The notes beneath the pieces are model-generated. The model was not told the origin of the DNA. It did no database searches and was given only the letters and a program-made list of their open reading frames with translations. A stretch of 63,855 nt of DNA from Chiloscyllium plagiosum. Lineage: Eukaryota. Where the stretch lies: positions 64,300,744 to 64,364,598 of the forward strand of contig NC_057718.1 in assembly GCF_004010195.1 (NCBI RefSeq). Direction: 5' to 3'. Shown here one piece after another: positions 13,461-25,450 of the stretch (position 1 is the first letter of the stretch; each line of letters begins with the position of its first letter). The translations under genes and the position numbers were made by a program.

Positions 13461-15086
13461 TTGTGATGACTCATTCCTAACAGTTCTTTTACAATGATGT
13501 CCTTTTACAAAGATTATTAATCATTCCTTTGCATTACTGATATTAGAATGCAAGAGAGTGAGAACACATGCGAGAGGTAACGTAGCAGGCTTTGATTCCC
13601 ATAGAACTTTTAACAATGAGCAAAACAGATATGAATTCTCCACTTTTATCTTTGAGATAAAACCGTTAAGCCAGATTTTGCTGTCCAAATAACAATGAAC
13701 CTAGTACCAGCCATTAGTCTCTATCTACAATGATTCAACTTCAGTGAGAGCAGATGCCACGTTACAGGTGGAAAGTTGCTAGTAGATTTGTATTTTATAA
13801 AAGTGTCAGAAAAACATAGATCTGGCACATCTGTGGACAGAGAGAAACAATCTTGACATTAAGTCCATTATGTCTTTGCTTCTCTGCATTCCAAAGAGTC
13901 ATACTTGACTCAAAACATTAATTGTTTCTTGTTGGTCTTGCTGAGATGCTCTCCAGCATCTGCAGTTTTTCGCTTTTGCTGATTTCCATTGTTAGGTGTG
14001 AAAAAGTCATCTTCCTCTATCTCTCACTTATGAATGCAACAAAAGGCATAAGGTTTGTGTATTTCCATGGTATAATTACAGTAAACTCACAAGAGAAAAT
14101 TAAGTTTTCTAATTAAAGGTTTAGTAGGCGTTTAATGAAATGAAAAAATATTCATTATTGCTGGTCAAATCCTCTAACAAAATTGAGTGTGAAATTTAAG
14201 TTTCTATCTCTGGAGATTTAAGATATTTTTAAATTAAAATATAAAGAAAAAAAACTTTATTTCTGTACCAGATTTGCAAATCAATTCGCTTCCTATATAC
14301 ACAGTCATAGAGATGTACAGTACGGAAACAGACCCTTCGGTCCAATTCGTCCATGCCGACCAGATATCTGAACCCAATCCAGTCCCACCTGCCAGCACCC
14401 GGTCGATATCCCTCCAAACCCTTCCTATTCATATACCCATCCAGATGCCTCTTAAATGTTGCAATTGTACTAGCCTCCACCACATCTTCTGGCAGTTCAT
14501 CCCACACACGTACCACGTTCTGTGTGAAAATGTTGCCCCTTAGGTCCCTTTTATATCTTTCCCCTCTCTATGCGCTGTAGTTCTGGATTCCCCTACCCAA
14601 AGAAAATACTTTGTTTATTTATCCTATCAAAGCCCCTCATAATTTTGTAAACCTCCATAAAGGTCACCCCTCAGCCTCCGATGCTCCAGGGAAAACAGCC
14701 CCAGCCTGTTCAACCTTTCCCTATAGCTCAAATCCTCCAACCCTGGCAACATCCTTGTAAATCTTTTCTGAACCTTTTCAAGTTTCACAACATCTTTCCG
14801 ATAGGAAGGAGACCAGAACTGCACGCAATATTCCAACAGTGGCCTAACCGATATCCTGTACAGCTGCAATATGACCTCCCAACTCCTGTACTCAATACTC
14901 TGACCAATAAAGGAGAGCATACCAACCACCTTCTTCACTATCTTCAAGATGTCACCATCTATTTCCCTACATTCTAGATCTTCCATGTCCTTTTCCACAG
15001 TAAATACTGATGCAAAATACTCGTTAAGTATCTTCCCCATCTCCTGCAGCTCCACTCAAAGGCTGCCTTGCTGATCTTTTGAGGGG

Positions 15087-15309
15087 AGAAGGTGAGGGCT
15101 GTAGATGCTGGAGATCAGAGCTGAAAATGTGTTGCTGGAAAAGCGGAGGAGGTCAGGCAGCATTCAATGAACAGGAGAATCGACGTTTCGGGCATAAGCC
15201 CTTCTTCAGAAATGAAGAAGGGCTTATGCCCGAAACGTCGATTCTCCTGTTCCTTGGATGCTGCCTGACCTGCTGCGCTTTTCCAGCAACACATTTTCAG
15301 CTCTGATCT
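15087..15309. mobile_element. Palindromic PLE-pLTR-derived element
   Basis: 97-bp inverted arms 15112-15208 / 15213-15309 around GAAA; direct repeat ctgatcttttgagggg at 15071-15086 and 15303-15318. Confidence 0.85.
15178..15213 (-). ncRNA. Minimal hammerhead ribozyme motif
   Basis: Minus strand CTGAAGA A GGGC-TTAT-GCCC GAAAC GTC; weak stem I. Confidence 0.65.
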
Positions 15310-16684
15310 TTTGAGGGGCCCTATTCTCTCCCTAGTTACCCATTCGTCCTTAATGTATTTGCAAAAACCCTTTGGATTCTCCTTAATTCTATGTGCCAAA
15401 GCTACGTCATGTCCCCTTTTTGCTCTCCTGATTTTTCTCTTAAGTATTCTCCTACTGCCTTTATACTCTAAGGATTCACACGATCTACCCTGTCAACACC
15501 TGACATATGCTTCTTTCTTTCTCTTAACCAAAATCTCAATTTCTTTAGTAATCCAGCATTCCCTATACCTACCAGCCTTTCTTTCCACCCTAACAGGAAC
15601 ATATTTTCTCGGGACTCTCATTTCTGAAGGCTTCCCAATTTCTAGCCGTCCCTTTTCCTGTGAACATCTGCACCCAATCAGCTTTTGAAAATTCTTGCGT
15701 TATAACATCAAAATTGGCCTTTCTCCAATTTAGATCTGGTTTACCCTTTTCCATCACTATTTTAAAACTAATAGAATTATGGTCGCTGGCCCCAAAGTGC
15801 TTCCCCACTGACACCTAAGTCACCTGCCCTACCTTATTTCCCAAGAGTAGGTCAAGTTTTGCACCTGCTCTAGTGGGTACATCCACATACTAAAATCAGA
15901 AAATTTTCTTATACACACTTAACAAATTCCTCTCATCTAAACCCTTAACACTATGGCAGTCCCAGTCTATGTTTGGAAAGTTAAAATCCCCAGCATAACC
16001 ATCTTATTATTCTTACAGATAACGGAGATCTCCTTACAAATTTGCTTCTCAATTTCCCTCTGACTATTAGGGTGTCTACAATTCGATCCTAATAAGGTGA
16101 TCATCCATTTTTTATTTCTCAGTTCCACCCAAACCACTTCCCTAGATGTATTTCCAGGAATATCCTCCCTCAGTACAGCTGTAATGCTATCCCTTATCAA
16201 AAACACCACTCCCCCTCCTCTCTTGCCTCCCTTTCTGTCCTTCCTGTGGCATTTGTATCCTGGAACATTAAGCTGCGAGCACTGTCAATCCCTGAGCCAT
16301 ATTCACTCATTTAAATCCTCCCAAGCAGCTCTAGCAACCGAACATTATTGCTTCTCAGTTCTATTAATTTGACAATTCAATCTGATTAGTTGAGGAGACT
16401 AGAACTGCTTTAGCCCTCACTCCCAGGACGCCTTACAGCTTTATTAATTCACACTTACAGCAGCTTGCCAAACAGAAAATGTTAAAATGTAAAATATATG
16501 AACTAGTCTTAATGGGCAGAAGATGCTGTTAAATCTGGTCCAATATCTGTGACAATGCAGCATTACTTCAATGCCAACAGAATTTTTGGTCAAGCCATTG
16601 ACTTGGAGCCAAGCATGCTACAGCATGTTATTTAAATATAAAGGGGAAAGACTGAATTGAGGATTTAGAAAACTAAAATCGAAA

Positions 16685-17350
16685 TCATCCTTGAAAGTTG
16701 TCACCCAGGTTGATAGGGTTGTTAAGAAGGCATATGGTGTGTTAGTTTTTATTGGTAGAGGGCTTGAGTTTCAGAGCCATGAAGTCATATTGCAGCTATA
16801 CAAAAGTCCGGTGCAGGTGCACCTGTGAGTATTGCATACAGTCCTGGCCACAGCAATATAGGAGGGATGTGGAAGCTTTGGAAAGGATTGAGAAGAGATT
16901 TATTAGGATGTTGCCTGGTGTGGAGGCAAGATCTTATGAGGAAAGGCTGAGGGACTCGAAGCTGTTATCGTTAGAGAGAAGGAAGTTGAGAGGTGACTTA
17001 ATTGAGACATATAAGATAATCAGAGGATTAGATAGGGTGGACAGTGAGAGCCTTTTTCCTCAGATGGAGATTGTTAGCACGAGGGGACATAACTTTAAAT
17101 TGAGGGATGATAGATATAGGACAGATGTCAGAGGTGGTTTCTTTACTCAAAGTGTTGCAGAGACGTGGAACACACTGCCTGCAACAGTAGTAGACTCACC
17201 AACTTTAAGGGGATTTGAGTGGTTATTGGATAAACGTATGGATGAAAATGGAATAGTGTAGGATAGATAGGCTTCAGATTGTTTCGACACATCAATGCAA
17301 CCGATGGCCAAAGGGCCTGTACTGCACTGTAATGTTCTATGGTCTATGTA
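16685..17350 (+). mobile_element. CR1 LINE 3' fragment
   Basis: EYCIQSW..RRDVEALERIEKRFIRMLPG..RGDLIETYKII; tail gttctatggtctatg. Confidence 0.9.
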
Positions 17351-18849
17351 AAATAAGTTGCATCCATATAGTACATTCATTGTTGCAAAATATTCCAAAT
17401 TGTTTCATGAGAATGTTATCAAACTTACATGACACCAAGTCACTTATGGAGATATTAAGATGTGATACAAAAATAAACGCATATTCAAAAAGATAGATTT
17501 TGAGTACATCTTAAAGGAAGAGAAGTGCAGAGGCTTAGTGAATACAGTGTACTTTTTAGGGCAAAGATGGCTAAAGACTTGGCCATTAATGCAATAGCAC
17601 AAAAATTCAGGGATGCACAAGAGGCTAGATTTGGAATAGCAGAGATCTTGGAGGGATGTGGGGCTAGATGGAGTTACAGAGATCGGGAGGAGCAAGAGCT
17701 TGAAGGAATCTGAAAACAATGATTAGAATTTTAAATCAAGGCACTGCCAGACTGTACTGAAGTAAATTTGCAAATATTCCTGTATTGATCCAAAACACCA
17801 TAAGCTAGGAATCCTCAAATTTACTCCTTCCTGGCTTTTCTTCCTGTATTCCCTACAATATTCAAGTGCAGCATTTGGCTTGCTCTTAGCTCTACTAGCT
17901 CATCATGCCCAGCTTCGCAATACTTTATGAAAATATAGAACAATTGCCCTGGTCTGTAAAATGCTTTCATGATCTCACAGCAGCCAACCTTCTAGGATGA
18001 TACATTCCTGATTCCAGCCTCCTGTGTAACTGCATCTTGTTTTGCTCTATCATGGGTGGTTGTATTGGGTCATCTCGGTTTTAGTATTTTGAATTCCTTC
18101 CGTAAAGGTTCTCTTGTTTTGTTAACAATTGTAAATTCGTTCTGAAACACAATGCTTTCAAATTTTTGCTTTTATGTAACTTCTGTGCTTTTGCAAAAAC
18201 ATAGGCAAGGCAAGGCAAGGCAATGATAATAGCTATACAAGACAGGATTTGGACAACCTAGGTAGAACACAAACAAAAGTGGTCAATGCTTACTACTTAA
18301 GTGTATAAAATTCTAAAGTGTATTTTTCAGTAACAAACTTAATTTAAGGTGATTGCTTTTTAACAGAAAAATCATACAAATACTTTATATTTACGTGATA
18401 TACTTGTGTACCAGTGATTTGTGGAGCCTGAACTTAAAGGTCTGAGGTTTTCATTGCAATTGAGAAACCCATTTTCTGCTCATTATTTTTATTAAAACGC
18501 AACACTAAGATTGTAGTAATATCATTTGAGATAGATACGCTGTAACACTCCGAACAACTGTTAGCATTTTTAAAAATTTCAAGTATCAGTTTGAAAGGAA
18601 GATGAAAATAAAAGCTTTCTCTTCCTGGAGTTTAGTTAGTGTGCTTTGTGCTCTCCAGCATTTCTGCCCGAGCAAATAAAAGGTACTAATTACACCACCG
18701 GGAAAAACTAAAACTGCTCCCTTCGGTCCAGCTGATAGGTTAATACAGACTATTCACAACTACATCAGTCCAACTTGAACTTCCAAAGGAAAAAATGAGG
18801 TAGTGGCAGCATGTGAGACAGGAAACAATGCTGAATAGTTAGTTTTTTG

Positions 18850-19420
18850 ATTTGGAAATAGAGTAACAGCGAGGTTCCCCAGGGCTTGCAACTGGGATCA
18901 TAGCTTATTGTAATACACACTATTGGCTTGGACTTCAGGCGGGATCTTGGGTTTTCAAACAGAGATTACAATGAGACAGTTGTGATGAACCTTTATAAAA
19001 CATAGGTTTGGACTCAACTGGAGCACCGTGTGTGATTATAGGCAATGCACTTTAGATATGAAGGCATTAGCAAACATGCAGAAAAGGCTTATAAGAATAA
19101 AGGACTGACGTTCCATGACTGGAGAAGCTGGGGTCATTCTTCTTTAAGTGAAAAGGAGGGGAGATTTCAGAACAGCATGAAAAATCATGAGGGACTGAGA
19201 AAACAGAGAGAAACTATTTCCTTTGGCAGAAGGAACAGGAACCAGAGGACACGAGATAATGTTTTTTTTAAAAAAGCCAATAGCAACATGCAGAAAAACC
19301 TTTTTATTGCAGTGAATGGTTTGGACCTGGAATACACAGCCCGATATTGTAGTGGCGACATATTCAGTTGAGGCTCTCAAAAGGAAATTGGATAAGCACC
19401 TGAAAAGCAAAGACCTGGAG
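18850..19420 (+). mobile_element. Highly degenerate CR1 fragment
   Basis: Remnants such as VWTWNTQPDIVV..ALKRKLDKHL. Confidence 0.55.
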
Positions 19421-20099
19421 AGCTTTAAGGTGGCTAAGTTCGACTCACTGAGTTGTTTTCACGAAGTCCAGAAAATGAAGCCTGAATTGCAATCAATCAT
19501 ACTATGTTCCTATGACCTCATATCCACCTTCACAAAAGGAAGTCCTCTTTTCCTGTCTGGCTAAAGAAACAGCCTCAGTGCATCGACTCGTAGTGTGTTA
19601 CTGACCACAACCAAGCCCACTCAAAATATATTAAGATAGGCTAGACTCTAACTTCTTCTTATTTTTAATGTAAGGCATTGTGTTCTAGATCCAATTCCAT
19701 TGCTCAAACTACCGGACTTGAAACAAAGTACACTTTATTCATACACTAAAATACAGAAAATAAAAATAAAATAAAACAATTATCCCATTGTCAAATACAA
19801 TAAAACGCAAACTTGTGCAAAAACAATGATATTTGACCATGTCAAACCAGCACTCCTTTTGTTTCACTCACTCAAGTATGAAACCATTCCCAATTTCAAG
19901 ACAACGCACATTGCACAATTAAACTCACTCATTTTAGACTATGCATGCTGCAAAGAATAATGCTCAAGATCCCGACTAGGTAGTACTTTCAGATAAAGTT
20001 GCTTTGTAGTTAAACTTGTAGATTGTAACTTGTAACTTGCTGGGGCAGCCCATGGCCAGAGGTGGTACAAGATGGCTGCCTGTGGATTTTTAGTTAGTA

Positions 20100-20555
20100 T
20101 ATGTTGCCCAGATTGGAGGATTTGAGCTATAGCGAGAGGTTGAATAGGCTGGAGCGGTTTTCCCTGGAGCATCAGAGGCTGAGGGGTGACCTTATAGAGG
20201 TTTATAAAATCATGAGGGCATGGATAGGATAAATAGACAAAGTCTTTTCTCTGGGGTGGGGGAGTCCAGAACTAGAGGGCATAGGTTTAGGGTGAGAGGG
20301 AAAAGATATAAAAGAGACCTAAGGGGCAACCTTTTCACGCAGAGGGCAGTACGTGTATGGAATGAGTGGCCAGAGGAAGTGGTGGAGGCTGGTACAATTG
20401 CAACATTTAAAAGGCATTTGGATGGGTATATGACTAGGAAGGGTTTGGAGGGATATGGGCCAGGTGCTGGCAGGTGGGACTAGATTGTGTTGAGATATCT
20501 GGTCGGCATGGACGAGCTGGACCGAAGGGTCTGTTTCCATGCTGTATGACTCTAC
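20100..20555 (+). mobile_element. CR1 LINE 3' fragment
   Basis: ORF2 C-terminus ORF 20220-20483 and tail. Confidence 0.9.
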
Positions 20556-21537
20556 ATAGCAGAAAAGATTTTTAGCAGCAGTAACAGAATTAGCTTGCTG
20601 AGTTCAGAATTAATGTGAGATCATAAGTTAGGATAACAATAGCTTTGAGAATAAGATAAACTCAAAGTAACAGGGTCCAGGCAGAACAAAGAATCTTACA
20701 AATTAATATAGAGAGTTCTGTATGAACCCACAGCTGCAGATGTCTGTAAGAGGTAGTCTGATAAGACATATCTGGGAACAAACAGCCTGAGGTTTGTAGT
20801 TTAGCAAGAATTAAAAGAAAAGTATGATCAATGATAACAGACAATTGGTAAGGTAAAAGGACAACAAGATTATACCTTGTAAAACCTTTAGGATTTCAGA
20901 AAAGCTTGCTAAACAGTGAAAGTGAGTGAGTTCACACTTATTAATGGAATTTGAATAGATGTTATCATATTAAGTAAAAATGAGTGTGGAACTATTAACA
21001 GTTGGGCTCAGAAATTTAATCTTAGAAGGAGCCCTCTTAAAACACATTGACAGTATGTGAATAGAAGGAGTTATCATTATCGTTGCATCTAAAATATAGA
21101 GGGGTATCATTTATCTGACCTTCCAAGGTCAGGTGGGACAGAAACTACTCAGAACTTGTTAGCTAAAGAATTCTAACATTCGGTGTAGCTACATAACTTT
21201 ATACATAATTAACTTTACATTGCAAATTATATAGCAATTAGTAGGAATCCCCTGTGATTAGGATAGTAGGAAATAGAAGATGAGCAACAGAATTTGATCA
21301 GGATAGCAATGAATAAAAGAATTCAAACAGTCCTTAGAGATGAGCAAGTCTGGAATTGGCTGCGACAGGGTATAGCTGTTACCAGTGGAATGCACATTAA
21401 TGAAATACATTGTAAGATCTCAAGGACTGATGATAACAATGTCTAGTAAACATCAAAGATAGAGAGTTTTGAAAAGATTTGTAGCTCAGGTGGAGGTTCC
21501 GGATGGGAGTTTGCTCGCTGAGCTGGAAGATTCGGTT

Positions 21538-21577
21538 TCTGACGTTTCATCACCATACTAGGCAACATCATCAGTGA
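21538..21577 (-). ncRNA. Minimal hammerhead ribozyme motif
   Basis: Minus strand CTGATGA T GTTGCC-TAGTAT-GGTGAT GAAAC GTC. Confidence 0.6.
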
Positions 21578-22034
21578 GCCTCCGGTGAAGCACTGGTGTT
21601 ATGTCCCACTTTCTATTTATGTGTTTAGGTTACTTTGGTTTAGTGATGTCATCTCCAGTTCTTTTTCTCAGAGGGTAGTAAATGGGATCCAAGTCGATGT
21701 ATTTATTGATAGAGCTCCAGTTGGAATGCCATGCTTCTAGGAATTCTCATGCATGTCGGTTTGGCTTGTCCTAGGATGGATGTGTTATCCCAGTCAAAGT
21801 GGTGTCCTTACTTGTCTGTATGTAAGGATTCTAGTGATAATGGGTCATGTCTTTTGTGGCTAGTTGATGTTCATGTATCCTGGGAGCTAGTTTTCTGCCT
21901 GTCCAATGTAGTTTTTGTTACAGTCCTTGCAAGGTATTTTGTCTGTATCGGGTCTTTTCAATTCATTAGCTGCTGTTTTAGTGTGTTGGTGGGTTTGTGG
22001 GCTACCATGATGCCAAGAGGTCTGAGTAATCTAG

Positions 22035-22158
22035 CAGAAGTTTCAGAGATGTCTGTGATATAGGTGAGAGTGGCTAAGGTTTCTGGGTGCGTAAACAGAA
22101 GTTTCAGAGATGTCTGTGATATAGGTGAGAGTGGCTAAGGTTTCTGGGTGCGTAAACA
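22035..22158. repeat. Perfect 61-bp tandem duplication
   Basis: cagaagtttcagagatgtctg...ggtgcgtaaa x2. Confidence 0.95.
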
Positions 22159-22849
22159 CACAAGTAGAAAGCGGAACATAACACCAGCACTTCACCAGAG
22201 GTTCACTTATGATGGTACCTAGTATGGTGATGAATCTTCTAAAACTGAACCTTCCAGCTCAACGAGCAAACTCATACCCAAAGCATCAAAGATCATGGAG
22301 GGCCTAGGGCTGTCCATCACTGATCAGGTGTTTTATAGGATTCGATGGATAGATTGGGGGATGGAACAATAACATCAATGTTGCACATAATTATTGTCAT
22401 AAAATTGTCTGAAAATACCACATTCAGATGGAGAAAACAGAATGTCGCTTACCTTCCCTCCGATCTGAGCCATATTTAAGTGGGCAACTGGGCTCCACCT
22501 GTGGAGCAGTCTCTGGCCTCTTCCACACGTGTGGTAAAACTCTAAATAAAGGTCACTTGTACCGCTGAACTCAGAACTGGACATTCTCTGATATCTCTCC
22601 CCAACACAACAGAAATAAAAACAAAATGGAGAAGTCCAACAGATTTGGTGGCATCTGTTTCTCTCTCCATAGATGCTACAAGAAACCTGATGATTTCTCC
22701 AGCAGTCTGATTTTACTTTATTCTGGCATCTGCAAGATTTTGCTTTTAATTTGAGATTATAACTGATCCTGTCAGAGTATCATTGACCAATATGTTAGCC
22801 ATATGTTGCAAATAGGGTTTCCAAATGTAGTAAAATTTTACCATTTGTA

Positions 22850-23010
22850 GAGTAGGGGTGGACAAAGTTAAAAATTACACAACACCAGTCTATAGTCCAA
22901 CAGGTTTATTTGGAGGCACTACCTTGCGAAGTACAGCTTCTTCATCAAGTGGTTGTGGAGCAGAATCTTGAGACACAGGATTTATAGCAACAGGATTGCA
23001 GTGTCACGGA
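22850..23010 (-). mobile_element. PLE pLTR end (same family as 34369-37843), degenerate
   Basis: Homologous to 34385-34555. Confidence 0.75.
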
Positions 23011-23099
23011 ATGTACATCTTTACCTCCCCTTCCCCACACCTCTCCCCAAATCCAATCCTCCATCCCATCCCCAGTCCACCACCCTCGCACAACTACTT

Positions 23100-24110
23100 T
23101 CCCCCATCTTGAATTAGGCACAACCTTCACCCCACCAGCCTCCACATCCAATGTATCATCCTCAAACACTTATGCCATCTTGAATTAGGCACAACCACCC
23201 AGAACATCTTCCTTTCTCCACCTCCCTCTGCCTTCCACAAGGATCGTTCACTTTGCCACTCCTTGGTTTGCACCACACACCCCACCAACCCTTCCAACTC
23301 CCCCGGCACCTTTCCCTGTAACCAAAAAAGATACACCTGCCCTTCCACCACCTCCCTCACCTCCATCCAGGACCCCAAACAGTCCTTCCAGGTGAAACAC
23401 AGGTTCACCTGCATCGCCTCCAACCTAGCCTACTGCATCAGGAGCACTCTACATCGGTGAGACCAAACGTAGGCTTGGTGACCTTTCCACCGAGCATCGT
23501 CACCAGGCCCTGAACAGCCAGCCTGATCTCCCGGTCATTGGCCATTTCAACTTCCTCTCTGATATGTCCACCCTCTGCTTCCTCCATTGCCACAGTGAGT
23601 CAGACTGCTAATTGGAGGAACATCACCTCACCTTCCGCTTGGGCAGTCTATAGCCCAGAGGACTCAACAGTGAAATTGAAGTACTCAAATAACCTTTCAA
23701 CCCATCCCCCAGCTTCCTTTCCAGTCCTGGCTCCTCCTTTCATTCCACCTCCCATGCTTCACTACTCTCCACACCCAACCTCATGCCATATCCAGCCTTT
23801 ACTCTCCTCCCCACCTCCTTGACCAGACCATAGCTGTCCATCTTCCTTCCCACCTATCCGCTCCACAGTTCCTACAAACCTATCACAATAACTCCCTACC
23901 TGCATCCACCTATCGCTATCCCACTTACCTTTCCCATAGACCCACTCCCCTCCCTCTATTTCTGAGCTCCCTTCCCCCTCCCTAATCCTGATCAAGGGTC
24001 TTGACCCGAAATATCAACTGCTCCATGTCCTGATGCTGCCTGGCTTGCTATGTTCTTCCAACCTCTTGTTTGTCTACTCTGGATTCCAGAACCTGCAGGT
24101 TTTTTTTGTC
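23100..24110 (+). mobile_element. PLE remnant (Cys-rich linker, GIY-YIG, pLTR)
   Basis: PGTFPCNQKRYTCP..FQVKHRFTCIASNLAYCIR..LYIGETKRRLGD; degenerate hammerhead CTGATCAAGGGTC-TT-GACCCGAAATATC near 23988. Confidence 0.8.
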
Positions 24111-24199
24111 TCTGTTCAGCTTATTCAGCTGCTTTTAAAATCTCAAAGCAAATCAGATTCATTTGAGCATCCTCACCCTCATATTTCCCCTTCGAATCC

Positions 24200-25450
24200 T
24201 CCCACTTCGATCAGACCAGAGGGGTAGCCACAGGCAACCGCATGGGCCCCAGCTATGCCTGCCTCTTCGTAGGGCACATGGGACAGTCCATCTTCCGTAG
24301 TTACAAGGCACCATTCTCCAACTTTACCTCCGCTACATCGATGACTGTATCAGCGCCACCTTGTGTTTCCATGAGGAGGCTGAACAGTTCATCAGCTTCA
24401 CCAACACATTCCACTCTGACCTCAAGTTCACATGGACCATCTCCGGCAATCCTTCACCTTCCTGGACATCCCTGTCTCCATCTCTGGCGACTGAGTCAGC
24501 ACTGACATCTGTTTCAAACCCACTGACTCCCAGAGCTACCTTAACTACACCTCCTCCCACCCTCTTTGCTGTAAAAACACGATCCCTTACTCCCAATTCT
24601 TCTGCTGTATCTGCTCCCCGAAGGAGCAATTACACTCCAGAACATCCCATAAGCCCGCCTATTTCAAGGACTGCAATTTCCTCTCCCTCATGATCAACAA
24701 TACCCTCCACTTCCTGCACCACTGCCCTTGACCCCACCCCTCCAACCGCAACAAGGATAGAATACTCGGTCCTCACCTTCCACCTCACTATTCTTTGAAT
24801 ACAGCGTATTATCCTCCATCATTTCCACCACCTATCCTCAGATTCCACCACCACCCCTATTTGTGCTCCGCAGAGACCATTCCCTCCACAACTTCCTTGT
24901 TAGGTCAATGCCCCCACCAACCCACCCTCCACACCCTGTACCTTCCCCTGCTGCCATGACATGTAAAACCTGCATCCACACGTCTCCCTTCACCTCCATC
25001 CAAGACCCCAAAGGATCTTTTCACATCCAGCAGAGATTTTCCTGCACATCCACCCACATCATCTACTGCGTCCTTCACTCTCAAAATGGTTTCATCTACA
25101 TTGGGAAGATAAGACACCAACTCACAGAGTGTTTCAGGGAACATCTCTGGGACACATGCACCAAACAACCCCCCCTGGTCCTGTGGCTGACCACTTCAAC
25201 CCCATCTCCCAATCCAAAGACATGCAAATTCTGGACCTCGTCCACCATTAAATCAAAGCCAACCGCCAACTGGAGGAAGAACACCTCATCTTAAGCCTCG
25301 GGACACTTTGACCACACAACATCGACTTCACTAGTTTCCAAATCTCCCCTCTCCCCACCTCATTCCAGATCCAACCCTCCAACTCAGCACTGCCTTTTTG
25401 ATCTGCCCTACCTGTCCATCTACCTTCCCACTACCTATCCAGCCCCACCC
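24200..25450 (+). mobile_element. PLE remnant (RT plus GIY-YIG)
   Basis: GVATGNRMGPSYACLFVG, RYIDDC, FHSDLKFTWTIS, FIYIGKIRHQLTECFREHL. Confidence 0.85.

Larger units (their letters stand above)
14303..16340 (-). mobile_element. CR1 LINE, internally deleted, interrupted by a palindromic PLE insert
   Basis: Endonuclease (VWVELRNKK, GASDHNSISF), linker and RT C-terminal remnants; tail near 14303. Confidence 0.9.
21461..22280 (-). mobile_element. PLE fragment: tailed pLTR plus GIY-YIG remnant plus inverted pLTR
   Basis: Antisense of the GIY-YIG seen at 47660-48000; pLTRs at both ends in inverted orientation; flanking direct repeat catcaaagat (21451-21460 / 22284-22293). Confidence 0.85.
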
